From positions 769,734 to 833,733 of the forward strand of contig CP175956.1 in the NCBI GenBank assembly GCA_046116545.1: a stretch of 64,000 bases of DNA. The letters are read 5' to 3'. Positions 40,382-51,057 of the stretch are shown here, in pieces. Under the pieces are notes generated by a model. That model was not told the DNA's origin. It worked only from the letters and a program-made list of their open reading frames with translations, and did not search any database. The position numbers were made by a program, and so were the translations under genes. The stretch's first letter is position 1, and each line of letters begins with the position of its first letter. This DNA is from Candidatus Moraniibacteriota bacterium (lineage in GTDB: Bacteria > Patescibacteriota > Minisyncoccia > Moranbacterales > GCA-2747515).

Positions 40382-41179
40382 CTACTTAGATGTAATATCA
40401 AACTTTACCATATTCCAATCTAAATCATAATTACTACTACTTGGTTCATCTAAATGCAGCACTATTGACGATAAATGGTTTAATTTAGGAAAGACCAAAA
40501 CACCGTCCTCCTCAACCCCTGGCAGAATCTCACTCTGCAATTTGTCTACATCATCAGACACATATTCTTCTTCAAACTGTTTATCATCTTGTACAACCTT
40601 TGAATCATACGTATAAAATCTAACAGACTCAGAACTATCATTTTTCAATTTAATATAAAACCTGGTCTCATTATCAGCAAATTCAATTTTATCTAAAGTA
40701 ACCTGAAAATTATTTTGAGACATTGTTTCGTTAACATTTAACTCTTGCACTGTTGGTGCCACCGCATCATTTCTCGTAACTTTTTCAATATTATTTACTA
40801 CAATTACAGGTAGAGAAAGTTCAGCTCCAAATGCATTTTCACCCTCAGAAATTTCCTTAAAGATACCTTCTATGCGAATGTAATCATCATCATTCAATTC
40901 AATGTCTGTATTTTTATAACCTGCCACAAAATTATCATCTTGCTCGCCAGCATTTGCATATGCTTGAAAATAAATACCGTCATCATCTACATCAGGTGAT
41001 AAGAAAATTTGAGCCAACCACTCAATATTACAATTTTTATACTCTTTAGGATTTCCAACCACCATATCATATGAAATACTTTCTCCACAATCTTTATTTT
41101 CATCTATTGACATCTCTGCTACACCACAACCCATTAAAAATAATGCACATCCTATTATTGATATTATTTTGATTTTCAT
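40382..41179 (-). CDS. Putative lipoprotein (OB-fold-like + DUF4352/Ig-like)
   Basis: Signal peptide with LMGC lipobox-like site; acidic beta-rich domains, EILPG..EDG.LVF. Confidence 0.65.
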   Translation of the reverse strand: MKIKIISIIGCALFLMGCGVAEMSIDENKDCGESISYDMVVGNPKEYKNCNIEWLAQIFLSPDVDDDGIYFQAYANAGEQDDNFVAGYKNTDIELNDDDYIRIEGIFKEISEGENAFGAELSLPVIVVNNIEKVTRNDAVAPTVQELNVNETMSQNNFQVTLDKIEFADNETRFYIKLKNDSSESVRFYTYDSKVVQDDKQFEEEYVSDDVDKLQSEILPGVEEDGVLVFPKLNHLSSIVLHLDEPSSSNYDLDWNMVKFDITSK

Positions 41180-41210
41180 AAATTCATTAACTAATGTTAG
41201 AAATTAATTT

Positions 41211-41269
41211 CTATTGCACACTCTTTAAAAGTGGCAATCCATCTCCGCCTGTTGGCACATAAATCGTAC
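41211..41269 (-). pseudogene. Displaced copy of the SPFH gene 3' end
   Basis: Encodes TIYVPTGGDGLPLLKSVQ-stop versus TIYVPTGGDGLPLFKSVQ-stop at 41680-41738; differences mostly synonymous. Confidence 0.85.
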
Positions 41270-41290
41270 ATTTACCCTACTTTAATATTC

Positions 41291-41641
41291 TTATTTATAA
41301 TAAACACTAGCTGTTATAGAGCTACTCTCTGACACACTCATTCCCATCTCCTGCAAATTCTTCAAGGAAAACATTTTTTGACCTTCTAAATCTCCTCCCA
41401 TTTCAACATCTCCAAACTTTTCTCCTGTCATTGGATCAAAAAATATCACCACAACCTCACCAGCCTCATATGAATTAATCTGCCAATTGACAGTTATATT
41501 AAATTCACCACCTTCGAATGAAGTGCTAACACCTTGATTAAGATATTCAAACTTTTCTCTTCTCTCATTTCCCTCTCGCTCATTTTTCATTTCTTCTTGA
41601 GGTACTACTGCATCTACAGACTCCATTGTAAATTTTTCCAT
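41291..41641 (-). CDS. Hypothetical acidic protein
   Basis: 116-aa ORF between the duplicated SPFH ends. Confidence 0.7.
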   Translation of the reverse strand: MEKFTMESVDAVVPQEEMKNEREGNERREKFEYLNQGVSTSFEGGEFNITVNWQINSYEAGEVVVIFFDPMTGEKFGDVEMGGDLEGQKMFSLKNLQEMGMSVSESSSITASVYYK

Positions 41642-41679
41642 TTTTTTTATGTTACTGCCATCAATTACACACTTTTTTG

Positions 41680-42720
41680 TTACTGCACGCTCTTAAAAAG
41701 TGGCAATCCATCTCCTCCTGTTGGCACATAAATCGTACCTACACGGTCTTTAAGTTCTTTGATATACATGTATTGAAGATATTTTGGTGTAAGTGACTCT
41801 GAGATTGTTATTTGTGCATCACGTTGACCTTCTGCTTCAATTCGTTTTCTGTCTGCTTCTTTCTTCTCTTTTTCTAAAATGAAATCATATTTTTGTGCAT
41901 CTTGCTCTGCTTGAAGTTTTTCTTGGATACTTGCAGATAATTTTGCTGGCAATGTTACATTCCTAAGTAATACCTGTTCAACAGCAATTCCTCTTGGTTC
42001 AATTGACTCTACCATTCTTTCTTGAATTTTTTGTGATACTTCCGCACGTTTTTCACTGTATACATCCTTTGCATTGTACTGCGCTATGATTTCACGAATT
42101 ATACTACGAATCTCAGGACGAATAATTTTTTCTTGATAATTCAATCCTAACTCTCTATATACATCTGACGCTTTATTTTCATTCAAATGATAAAAAACTG
42201 TAATATCCAAATCGATTGGCAATCCTTCATTTGTCAAAGCTGAAATTTGATCAGCACCAGCCTTTAGTCCCTCACCTTGCATACCACTCATTGTGTATTC
42301 TTCTGTCCGTATAGTCATACGTTCAATGTGCTCAAGTGGATTAATAACATGTAATCCCGATGAAATTTCTTTATCTTTAACCTTACCAAAAAGTGTACGC
42401 ACACCCGTTGAACCTGCTGGTATTACTATAAAAATATTAAATAGAATAATTATTACAATAAATGCTCCAATTCCCAAAAAAATTTTACCTTTCATATTAT
42501 TTATACTTACTGATTTATTAGCTGTTGTGTATGATGCTGTCTTTGGTTTTACATTCCTTGTCGAGTATTCTCGAAATTTATCAAATGCTTCTTTTGCTGG
42601 ATTTTGCGACATCCTGATAATATTTGGATTGCCTGTTTGCTGACCTATTTCCGATAAAACTTTTTTTATCAGCATATAGATAACAAATCCCCAAAACAAT
42701 ATACTAAAAATTGTTCCCAT
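41680..42720 (-). CDS. SPFH/prohibitin family protein
   Basis: VIPAGSTGV..LFGKV, GLH.INP, LLRNV.LP, EADRKRIEAEG; extra N-terminal TM. Confidence 0.9.
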   Translation of the reverse strand: MGTIFSILFWGFVIYMLIKKVLSEIGQQTGNPNIIRMSQNPAKEAFDKFREYSTRNVKPKTASYTTANKSVSINNMKGKIFLGIGAFIVIIILFNIFIVIPAGSTGVRTLFGKVKDKEISSGLHVINPLEHIERMTIRTEEYTMSGMQGEGLKAGADQISALTNEGLPIDLDITVFYHLNENKASDVYRELGLNYQEKIIRPEIRSIIREIIAQYNAKDVYSEKRAEVSQKIQERMVESIEPRGIAVEQVLLRNVTLPAKLSASIQEKLQAEQDAQKYDFILEKEKKEADRKRIEAEGQRDAQITISESLTPKYLQYMYIKELKDRVGTIYVPTGGDGLPLFKSVQ

Positions 42721-42819
42721 ATATTTTTAATTTGTAATTATATGTTTAATACTACATTGAATGTGTGCACTGGTCAAAGTTGATTCTCGTAACTATTCAC
42801 CTTTATTTGAAAAGCTATC

Positions 42820-42940
42820 GTCTTTGCGAGTAGAAGTCATATTTATTGTGTTTTGCGAAGCAATCCCCGTAATATAATCAATGACCTCAAAGAGATTGCT
42901 TCGATTGACTACATATAATATCCCAACCACTCGCAATGAC
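42820..42940. repeat. Inverted pair of RPE-like palindromic elements
   Basis: gtctttgcgag...cgaagcaatccc and gagattgcttcg...ctcgcaatgac. Confidence 0.6.
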
Positions 42941-42963
42941 AATCGTGTTGAAGAGATTGAAGT

Positions 42964-44139
42964 TTACTTTTTTCTGAAAATATATAAATACAAGCCACTT
43001 AATAAAACAAAGAATCCTATTCCAAAAAACATATAACCTTGTTGTGCACCAAATCGCCCAATTGCATATCCCAAAATTAGTGGCACCCATATAGCATTAA
43101 ATGCCTCAAAAAATGAATACATTGATAAGTATGTTGCTTTTAAATTTTGTGTTGGACAATTTTTTAATAAATGTGCATGAACTAATATTCTACGAATTCT
43201 TCCATATCCACCATATAAAATAAATATTCCTACAGCAAAAAACACATTTGATATCAGTCCAACCAAAATACTGATAGTACATACAAATAAAAAATCAGCT
43301 AAATAAAATGTTTTTGCCTCGTATTTTTCAAGTTTATGAACATGGTATGTCAAAATAATACCCGCGATACCCATAAGTGAATATACAAAACCAAAAAACC
43401 ACATTGGAACACCAATGTCTTGGAAATACAATTCTTTAAATTCTGGAAATTTATTATATAAAGCAGTTACTAAACCAAGAAAGAAAAATAACAAGATTTC
43501 ACCTCTATGATTCACAGATTTTAATAATGCAAAAAAACCATCGTGAATTTTTTCATTTATTTTTTTGTGTTCTTTACGTGGAGTTGTAAAAAACAAACTA
43601 ACAATAAATCCCATGGATTGCAATATAAAGCCTACTACAAACGGTAATCGTGGATCAATACTGTATGTCAACGGAACCAGAGCAACAAGAAAAATATTTC
43701 CAAACAATCCCCACCTCTGTGCACGTGCTGCTACTTTACCAAACTCATCATCACGACCAAGTTCAATTAATGTCTCATGTAAAAATGCTTGCATTGTTCC
43801 AGAATGAAATGACCCTCCAGCATAAAACACAACAGTTGCAAACAGTACACCATAAAAATTCGGATACAATATAAATCCAAGAGGTGCAATCATTATGAGA
43901 AATGATCCAAAAATAATAGCTTTTTTGTGGCCAAGCTTATCAGATATATAACCACTTGGAATCTCCAAAACCATGGACGCAAGTGCAGCTATTGCAGCAA
44001 TAACACCGAACTGTTCAACAGACAATCCTGCATATACAGTGACATAAATAATAATCACTGCAAGATATGTTCTTTTGTGAAAAACACGTAACAATGCGTA
44101 TAACCACAAATTTCTTTCTAATCCTTTTTTATAATTCAT
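42964..44139 (-). CDS. MFS transporter
   Basis: EIPSGYISDKLGHK motif A, SGT..A.L.E; about 12 hydrophobic segments. Confidence 0.9.
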   Translation of the reverse strand: MNYKKGLERNLWLYALLRVFHKRTYLAVIIIYVTVYAGLSVEQFGVIAAIAALASMVLEIPSGYISDKLGHKKAIIFGSFLIMIAPLGFILYPNFYGVLFATVVFYAGGSFHSGTMQAFLHETLIELGRDDEFGKVAARAQRWGLFGNIFLVALVPLTYSIDPRLPFVVGFILQSMGFIVSLFFTTPRKEHKKINEKIHDGFFALLKSVNHRGEILLFFFLGLVTALYNKFPEFKELYFQDIGVPMWFFGFVYSLMGIAGIILTYHVHKLEKYEAKTFYLADFLFVCTISILVGLISNVFFAVGIFILYGGYGRIRRILVHAHLLKNCPTQNLKATYLSMYSFFEAFNAIWVPLILGYAIGRFGAQQGYMFFGIGFFVLLSGLYLYIFRKK

Positions 44140-44141
44140 AT

Positions 44142-45173
44142 TTATTTTTCACCACTTTCAAAATCTACTCTTTTAATTTCAATTGAATCAATAGGCGTAT
44201 AAAACATTGTTAAGTTTGGTTGTCCATCTGTCACAGTGAGTTCATAATATGATTGTGGATATAATTCACTTTTCTTTGTACCTGTTAATGAATAAATGTC
44301 AGTTCTGTTTACTTTCTCATGTCTACGTGCTTCCATATGTCCATTAAACAATCCATCAACACGATATTCTTCAAAAATATCCTGTAATTCATCAGCATTT
44401 TTAATTGACTGTTTCATCTTGAACTCATCACTATCATCCTTTAAATCTCCAGGGGTATTAGATTGAAATACACCATGATGCATAAACACGAATACACGTT
44501 TATTTGTTTCTAATTGCTTTTTGAACCATTCAATTTCTTGTGGTGGCATATTGCCCCGAATATAAGAATTGCCCTCTGGTGAACGTGGAAGATTATCAGC
44601 ATTATAATTCGCATCAAGAATGATGAATCTATAATCACCAACATCAAAAGATTGATTGATAGAATCTAAATTCAAAGTTTCTTTAAATTGTTCTCTTGTG
44701 ACACTACGCAGATCATGATTTCCTATCACCCAATACAACGGCACATCTGTTTTTTTTATTTCTTTTTCAACCAATTCAAGTCCTTGTATACCCACAAAAT
44801 CTTCATCATTAGTTCCTTCAATTACATCGCCCAAATGTACAATAAATTCTGGTTGAAACTCAGTCATCTGACTTACAAACTTATCAAGCACCTTTATGTA
44901 TTTTTCATTTAGGTAACGAGGTGCATCATCTACTTTATTTGTTTTATCAATACGATTTGGATGTACATGTGTATCTGTTATAACTCCAATTTTTATATCT
45001 TGCTGTGTTTGGAGTTTTTTATGCCAAATCGGTATTGCGTCATAAATCCTTTTTGCTTCAGCAAAATTATTTTGTGTACGTCTATTATCATTAGTTTCAT
45101 TTGTTTTGTAAAAAATAAGCCCCACTACAAAAATAGCTACAAAAACACTAACGATTATTATATACTTTTTCAT
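44142..45173 (-). CDS. Membrane-anchored calcineurin-like metallophosphoesterase (start likely 45173)
   Basis: DTH, GD, GNHD, HH, GHME motifs; N-terminal TM. Confidence 0.88.
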   Translation of the reverse strand: MKKYIIIVSVFVAIFVVGLIFYKTNETNDNRRTQNNFAEAKRIYDAIPIWHKKLQTQQDIKIGVITDTHVHPNRIDKTNKVDDAPRYLNEKYIKVLDKFVSQMTEFQPEFIVHLGDVIEGTNDEDFVGIQGLELVEKEIKKTDVPLYWVIGNHDLRSVTREQFKETLNLDSINQSFDVGDYRFIILDANYNADNLPRSPEGNSYIRGNMPPQEIEWFKKQLETNKRVFVFMHHGVFQSNTPGDLKDDSDEFKMKQSIKNADELQDIFEEYRVDGLFNGHMEARRHEKVNRTDIYSLTGTKKSELYPQSYYELTVTDGQPNLTMFYTPIDSIEIKRVDFESGEK

Positions 45174-45198
45174 ATTATTTTTTACTAATTTTACGCAT

Positions 45199-46185
45199 TT
45201 ATTCAATAACTTCTGCACCTGTTAATTTTTTATTTTGTATTTCATTTAATACTTTTTTTACATCCTTCATCATTTCATCATCAAGTATAGACATAGTTAC
45301 AACCTTAGGATTTTCTTTTTTCAGATTTTCAACTATTTCAGCCAATTCTTCTTCTGTCTTTTCATCTGCCTTACTTATTATTATCCATTCTTGTTTTTTC
45401 ATCATTTCTGGATTAAAAACTTCCAATTCTTCACGAATTGCTTTGTAATCAGCTACAGGATCTTCACTATCAGCTGCCACAAAATGAAATAGAACTCGTG
45501 TTCTTTCTACATGTCTGAGAAACTTATGTCCTAATCCCTTACCTTCAGCAGCGCCGCTTATAAGTCCTGGTATATCTGCTAGAATCAAATCATAATACAC
45601 ACCTAGATGCGCTTCTAACGTTGTAAAATGATAATTTGCAACTTTACTTGATGCATTTGTAAGCTCATTTAAAAGACTAGACTTTCCAACATTTGGATAC
45701 CCTATAAATCCGATATCTGCCATCATTTTGAGTTCCAATCGCAAATCAATTTTACCACCTGGCTTTCCTAGATTTGCATGCTCTGGAGTTGTGTTTCTAC
45801 TAGATCGAAAATGATGATTTCCAAATCCTCCATTACCACCTCGAACAACTAATACTTCTTGTCCAAGATTTGTAATATCATAAACTTTATCACTAGTAAG
45901 GTCATGTGCCACTGTTCCAACTGGTACAGGGATTATTGTATTTTCTCCACCTCTGCCACTCCTCATATTTTGCTCTCCATCTTTACCTACTCCAGCTTTT
46001 ACATTTTTCTTATGTCGAAAAGGACGCAATGCTCCCAAATCAGAAACTCCTCGCAATATAATATCACCACCTTTTCCACCATTTCCTCCAGCAGGGCCTT
46101 GTTCAAATTTAATCTTAGAAAAACGTACAACACCACTTCCGCCATGTCCCGCTTTTGCTTCAATTGTTACGTCATCTACAATCAT
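45199..46185 (-). CDS. obg: GTPase ObgE/CgtA
   Basis: Gly-rich Obg fold, GYPNVGKSS, FTT, DIPG, GLGHKFLRHVER. Confidence 0.96.
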   Translation of the reverse strand: MIVDDVTIEAKAGHGGSGVVRFSKIKFEQGPAGGNGGKGGDIILRGVSDLGALRPFRHKKNVKAGVGKDGEQNMRSGRGGENTIIPVPVGTVAHDLTSDKVYDITNLGQEVLVVRGGNGGFGNHHFRSSRNTTPEHANLGKPGGKIDLRLELKMMADIGFIGYPNVGKSSLLNELTNASSKVANYHFTTLEAHLGVYYDLILADIPGLISGAAEGKGLGHKFLRHVERTRVLFHFVAADSEDPVADYKAIREELEVFNPEMMKKQEWIIISKADEKTEEELAEIVENLKKENPKVVTMSILDDEMMKDVKKVLNEIQNKKLTGAEVIE

Positions 46186-46212
46186 ATCTAATATATTATT
46201 TAAAAAAATTTA

Positions 46213-46620
46213 CTACTCCCCATTTAATAATGAAGACTTATACACACCTGGATTATATGACTTTGCTCTAACTATCACAAAGTCTTGTTCATCTTCATTT
46301 GCCAGTTCGTATAATTCATCTATGAAATGCTCTTGATCATATCCCAACAAAATAACGTCTGGTTTATGCTCACGCACAACACAACATTTATCATCACATG
46401 TTGAACCGAGTATAATATCATCAAGTACACTTATTTGCAATAGTTCAGCCAGTCTATCACATTCATCACACTCAGGCTTCCTACCCTTAACTTTCTCAAC
46501 AGTCTCATCACGAGCTACAACAGCCATCACCCAATCACCATGTTCAGCAGCCTGCTCAAACAAAGAACGATGCCCATCATGCACTTTATCAAATGTACCA
46601 AATATCATTACTTTTTTCAT
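46213..46620 (-). CDS. Cytidylyltransferase-like / FAD synthase (RibL-like)
   Basis: FGTFDKVHDGH (HxGH), VVARD, KPDVILLGYDQ, YKSS. Confidence 0.85.
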   Translation of the reverse strand: MKKVMIFGTFDKVHDGHRSLFEQAAEHGDWVMAVVARDETVEKVKGRKPECDECDRLAELLQISVLDDIILGSTCDDKCCVVREHKPDVILLGYDQEHFIDELYELANEDEQDFVIVRAKSYNPGVYKSSLLNGE

Positions 46621-46683
46621 ATAGTTTAATTTATAGTAACCAAGTCACTATGTCTAGCGACCTGGTTACTATTTAAATTATTT

Positions 46684-47289
46684 TCAATCTTTTTTATCTT
46701 TAGTTCTATCTACCCACCATTGCCCATCCCTATCAAACCACCAATCATCTGGATGTCTTTCGATAAGCTGCTTAGCTAATTTTTTACCATTTTGAGTTTT
46801 AAGTCTTTTTGCCGTAAGCTTTATCCAATGACTTGCACGTTCATTTCCTTTTTCCTGCTCATCTCTAAGCATTGCTAACAACTCTAAATTATCGGCCTCT
46901 TTTACAATCTGCGCTTCAATTGTTTCTCGTTTTTTTAATTCTAACAGTGTTTGTTCTACATCATCTCCAAATGATACCTGAGAAAATGCATCTTTGATAG
47001 CAGCTTTTTCATCTACTTTTGTATATTTTTGATGTACATAATTAGCGTCAGCCGTCCTTGCTTCTGCAAAATCATGAAATAATGCCATAACAAGAACTTT
47101 GTTACTATCAACAGACTCATCCATTTGAGCTAACATATATGCAATTATCGCCGTACGAAATGAATGCTCTGCCACATTCTGTTTTCCCGTTCCTAAATAC
47201 CAAAAACCACTCCTAGGTGTTTTTGCTAAAATACCAGCTTCATAAATAAAATCTGCACTACTGTCAAAATTGAGATTCTTTATTGTCAT
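46684..47289 (-). CDS. HD-domain hydrolase (YfbR/HDDC2-like)
   Basis: PRSG, VAEHSFR, LFHDFAEAR, EADNLE. Confidence 0.85.
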   Translation of the reverse strand: MTIKNLNFDSSADFIYEAGILAKTPRSGFWYLGTGKQNVAEHSFRTAIIAYMLAQMDESVDSNKVLVMALFHDFAEARTADANYVHQKYTKVDEKAAIKDAFSQVSFGDDVEQTLLELKKRETIEAQIVKEADNLELLAMLRDEQEKGNERASHWIKLTAKRLKTQNGKKLAKQLIERHPDDWWFDRDGQWWVDRTKDKKD

Positions 47290-47320
47290 AAAATTTTACT
47301 TCTGATCTATATCTTATTAT

Positions 47321-47857
47321 TTAACGTGCTTTATGAAACTCTGCTTGCAATGGGAATTGCTTTCCGGCATTCCCTAATTTATCCAATACTTGTAATACAG
47401 TATTTCTTATTTCTTGTGGTCCATTATCACCTAAAATTTCAAAACTGTATTGCGGTTGTCCATTAACTTTAATAACACATGTACCACCTTTATCCATATC
47501 AGGTAACTGCTGCAAAATTTTCATACTTTCATCATCAAACCTACATGAATACAATTTTTTGACATAATCCTTTACCACTGATACTAATTCTGTTTCCAAC
47601 TCTTTTACACCAGCAATAATTTCTCCAAGTTTATTCAATGGCATCCCATTATCAAGTAATTCTTTCATTTTTTCTGCTAATTTCATGACATTTTTATTTT
47701 CAACATTCTCATCACCATTAGCAATAAGAAAAGCTTGCTCAACATCATTTGCACTATAATTTTGCTCACCAATGAACCTCATCAAATCTTGTTCTGACTG
47801 CTCACTTTTTGAACTTGCCGATTCTTGGGTATTAAATTGTGACGATTCACCAATCAT
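47321..47857 (-). CDS. Hypothetical protein
   Basis: 178-aa co-oriented ORF. Confidence 0.65.
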   Translation of the reverse strand: MIGESSQFNTQESASSKSEQSEQDLMRFIGEQNYSANDVEQAFLIANGDENVENKNVMKLAEKMKELLDNGMPLNKLGEIIAGVKELETELVSVVKDYVKKLYSCRFDDESMKILQQLPDMDKGGTCVIKVNGQPQYSFEILGDNGPQEIRNTVLQVLDKLGNAGKQFPLQAEFHKAR

Positions 47858-47915
47858 ACTAATTTATTTTTATTAATTATTTTATTTCCTGTTTTACATA
47901 AATACTCTTTTAAAA

Positions 47916-49982
47916 CTAATCTTTAATATTTTGCAAGGAAGTTAATCCCATTTCCAAAAACTCATCCAAAGACAATCCAATTTTTTCACACTCTAGAATT
48001 TTTTCTCTACTATAACGTTCTGCAAATGTTTTACTTTTGAATTTTTTCTTTAGTGACTTTAACTTCAACTTATTTATATCTTTACTATCTGATACCATCA
48101 CAGTCGCAGAAATCAAACCTGATAACATATCGGCAGCCATCAGAGCATGTTGCAACCTTATTGTTCGTTCTTTATCATTTAACTCTTCAACTTTACCATT
48201 TCCATAACAGTGCGATTTTATAGTCTCAATCAAAAAGTCACTCGCACCCGCCTTTTCCAAGTACTCTGATGCAATTATAGTATGCTTCTCTAGTGCACTT
48301 CTAGTTTCATCTCTATCCAAATCATGCAACAATCCCACAATGCCCCATTTTTCTTCATCTTCCCCAAAGTGTTTTGCTAGCTCTCGCATTATAGATTCAG
48401 TATCTTCTGAGTGCACTTTTGTTGGTAGGGTTGTAACATATTCATCAATTAGCTTATTTGCCTGTTCTAGATTAATACCTAAATCAATATTATTAATGCT
48501 TTCTTCTACATTTTCATTGTTTTTTGGTTTCATAAGTGGAAATAAAGTAACCTCCCTAAGAGTCTTATCTTCCAAAAATGCAAATAGTCTTTCACCAACA
48601 CCAAAACCACAAGTTGGAGGCATTCCATATTCAAGCATCTCTACAAATTCCCAGTCTGGCATCATTGCCTCATCGTCTCCAGCTTTCAACATTTTTTCTT
48701 GCGCTTCAAACCTAACTCTTTGATCAATGGGATCATTTAATTCACTATAACCTGCACCAACTTCAGCACCACCTAATAAAACCTGGAATTTTTCTGATTG
48801 TTCTGGTTTGTCCGCTTTTCTCTTTGCCAAAGGCGCCATAAACACAGGATGATTTACCAAAAATGCTGGACCTGCAATATTTTTACGACAATATTTCCAA
48901 AGTGCATCCGTACGACGTTCTCGGTTGTCTCCCGCATACTTAACCTCTAATTCATTTAATTTATCTCCTAATTCTTCATTTGTCGCGGTTATTACATTTA
49001 TTCCTGTTTGCTTTTCTACTTCTGTAACATAATCAATTTCAATCCATTCATCTGCTAAATCAAATTCTAATCCTCGAGCAATAAACTTAGTAGTTCCATA
49101 AACTTCCTGAGCAATATATCGATACAATTCAGTAACCATTTTCATTCCTTTTTTATAATCAGCATATGCCCAATAGAATTCCATATTTGTAAATTCTTGA
49201 ACATGATTTGGACTTGAACCTTCATTCCTATAAGCTCGTCCAATTTCAAAAGTTTTTTCAAATCCACTAGCCATCAGTCTCTTTTGCCATAATTCACCAA
49301 TTGAAATACGCATAAAAACTGGCATGTCAAAATCATTGTGATGTGTTGCAAATGGTCGTGCCTCTGCCCCACCAGTCGTCACTTCTATTGATGGTGTTTC
49401 TACTTCAAAAAAATCTCTTTCTTCCATGAAGTTACGCATCACACGCCAAAACTTCGCACGTCTCTTGAACATGTCACGAAGTTCAGGATTAAGTACCATA
49501 TCAACATATCGCTTACGAAACTTTTCATCCTCATCCTTAAGTCCAAAATGCTCCACTGGCATTCCTCGGAGTGCTTTTGTAAGCAATTTCCATTCTGTTG
49601 CCATTATAGTTTGTTGACCAGCTTTTGTTGTAAAAACTTTACCAGTAATTTGTACAAAATCACTAGCATCTATAAGTTTTGCAAATGGTTTATAATTATC
49701 TCCAACTTCTTTCTTTGATACAGCAACCTGCATACGCCCACTTTCATCTTCTATATCTGCAAACGACAAGTTACCATGAACTCTTTTTGACCTAAGTCGT
49801 CCACACACAGTTACAATAGTTTCATCTTTTTCAAGTTTTCCAAAATCATTCAAAATATCACCAACTACATAAGTTCTGTCCGAACTAGCTGGATAAGCAA
49901 CTATCTCATGTTCCTTTAATCTATCGAGCTTACTCTTTCGCTCTTCAAATTCACTGATTTTAGTATTTCCTTGTTCGCTCAT
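47916..49982 (-). CDS. lysS: Lysine--tRNA ligase (class II) fused to a C-terminal HD (HDIG-like) domain
   Basis: OB fold, GGAEARPF.THHN, GRAYRNEG, YSELNDP, LEYGMPPT.G.G.GERL; then H...GLLHDLD...H...SH...AAD. Confidence 0.95.
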   Translation of the reverse strand: MSEQGNTKISEFEERKSKLDRLKEHEIVAYPASSDRTYVVGDILNDFGKLEKDETIVTVCGRLRSKRVHGNLSFADIEDESGRMQVAVSKKEVGDNYKPFAKLIDASDFVQITGKVFTTKAGQQTIMATEWKLLTKALRGMPVEHFGLKDEDEKFRKRYVDMVLNPELRDMFKRRAKFWRVMRNFMEERDFFEVETPSIEVTTGGAEARPFATHHNDFDMPVFMRISIGELWQKRLMASGFEKTFEIGRAYRNEGSSPNHVQEFTNMEFYWAYADYKKGMKMVTELYRYIAQEVYGTTKFIARGLEFDLADEWIEIDYVTEVEKQTGINVITATNEELGDKLNELEVKYAGDNRERRTDALWKYCRKNIAGPAFLVNHPVFMAPLAKRKADKPEQSEKFQVLLGGAEVGAGYSELNDPIDQRVRFEAQEKMLKAGDDEAMMPDWEFVEMLEYGMPPTCGFGVGERLFAFLEDKTLREVTLFPLMKPKNNENVEESINNIDLGINLEQANKLIDEYVTTLPTKVHSEDTESIMRELAKHFGEDEEKWGIVGLLHDLDRDETRSALEKHTIIASEYLEKAGASDFLIETIKSHCYGNGKVEELNDKERTIRLQHALMAADMLSGLISATVMVSDSKDINKLKLKSLKKKFKSKTFAERYSREKILECEKIGLSLDEFLEMGLTSLQNIKD

Positions 49983-50101
49983 AAGATTAATTAACGGTTA
50001 ATAGTTACTATAATACTCCCTACATACTACCTCAAATAATCAAAAAAATCAAAAGTAGAGACGCGATTAATCGCATCTCTATAATTCACTAAAATTAAAT
50101 T

Positions 50102-50557
50102 TTATGAAATAGAAATGATTTCATATTTAACAGTCCCTCCTGGAGTCTCTACATCAACACTATCATCTTCTTTTGCTCCTATAAGAGCTTGTCCAATAGG
50201 TGATTCATTTGAAATTTTTCTTTCTTGTGGATTTGCTTCATTTGACCCAACTATTTCAAATACATACTCCTGACCATTAGCTTTCACAGTAACTTTTGAA
50301 CCAATTTGAGCTGATTCATCACTGTCATCATGCTCTACAACACGAGAATCTTTTATGATAACATCAAGCTCTGCAATACGAGTCTCATTTTCAGCCTGTC
50401 TTTCCTTTGCAGCTGAGTACTCTGCATTTTCAGATAAATCACCCTGATCCTTTGCTTCTTTTATAGCACCCGCAATTTCCTGACGTATAGCAACTGTACG
50501 TTCTTCATATTCATTTTGTAATTTTTCTAATCCTTCTTTTGTAACTAATCTTGACAT
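50102..50557 (-). CDS. greA: Transcription elongation factor GreA
   Basis: GDLSENAEY, ISNESPIGQAL. Confidence 0.96.
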   Translation of the reverse strand: MSRLVTKEGLEKLQNEYEERTVAIRQEIAGAIKEAKDQGDLSENAEYSAAKERQAENETRIAELDVIIKDSRVVEHDDSDESAQIGSKVTVKANGQEYVFEIVGSNEANPQERKISNESPIGQALIGAKEDDSVDVETPGGTVKYEIISIS

Positions 50558-50762
50558 AATATTTCTTTTTTACTATTTTAACTAATTAAAAACACACGAA
50601 CAATGCGCATGTTTTTTAATATGCTTCCACTATATATCAAACATATATTTGCGTCAAATGTTTTTTAGTATCATTATCTTGACATTTTCCAACATTACTT
50701 TTACTATTCAAAAATTAACCATTTGCTATTTAATAACAATAAATAAACTTTGGAGATTTCTA

Positions 50763-50993
50763 ATGAACACTAATAATTACGTTTACTGCGAAACTTGTGA
50801 TATTTGGTACAACAAAGCACTCAAGGAACGCGGAAACAGGGAAAGAACAGAGACACAAAAATCCAAATATCCTACAATACCTTTTATTATTATTGACTGT
50901 CCATTATGCAAATCCAAAAAAGTTCTTTCAGTGTCAAGACAAATGAACATTGACTCAAGTCACTTGGTAAATTTATACAGACAATCTAAATAA
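50763..50993 (+). CDS. Small zinc-ribbon protein (start likely 50763)
   Basis: CETC...CPLC; promoter TTGACA-17-TACTAT at 50679-50707; bidirectional terminator 51006-51042. Confidence 0.6.
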   Translation: MNTNNYVYCETCDIWYNKALKERGNRERTETQKSKYPTIPFIIIDCPLCKSKKVLSVSRQMNIDSSHLVNLYRQSK

Positions 50994-51005
50994 TTACAGA
51001 TTTTC

Positions 51006-51042
51006 AAAAAGATCCCTCAATTAACAAATTGAGGGATCTTTA
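51006..51042. terminator. Bidirectional terminator
   Basis: aaaagatccctcaatt/aattgagggatctttt between convergent genes. Confidence 0.8.
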
Positions 51043-51057
51043 TTATTTTAAAAAATA

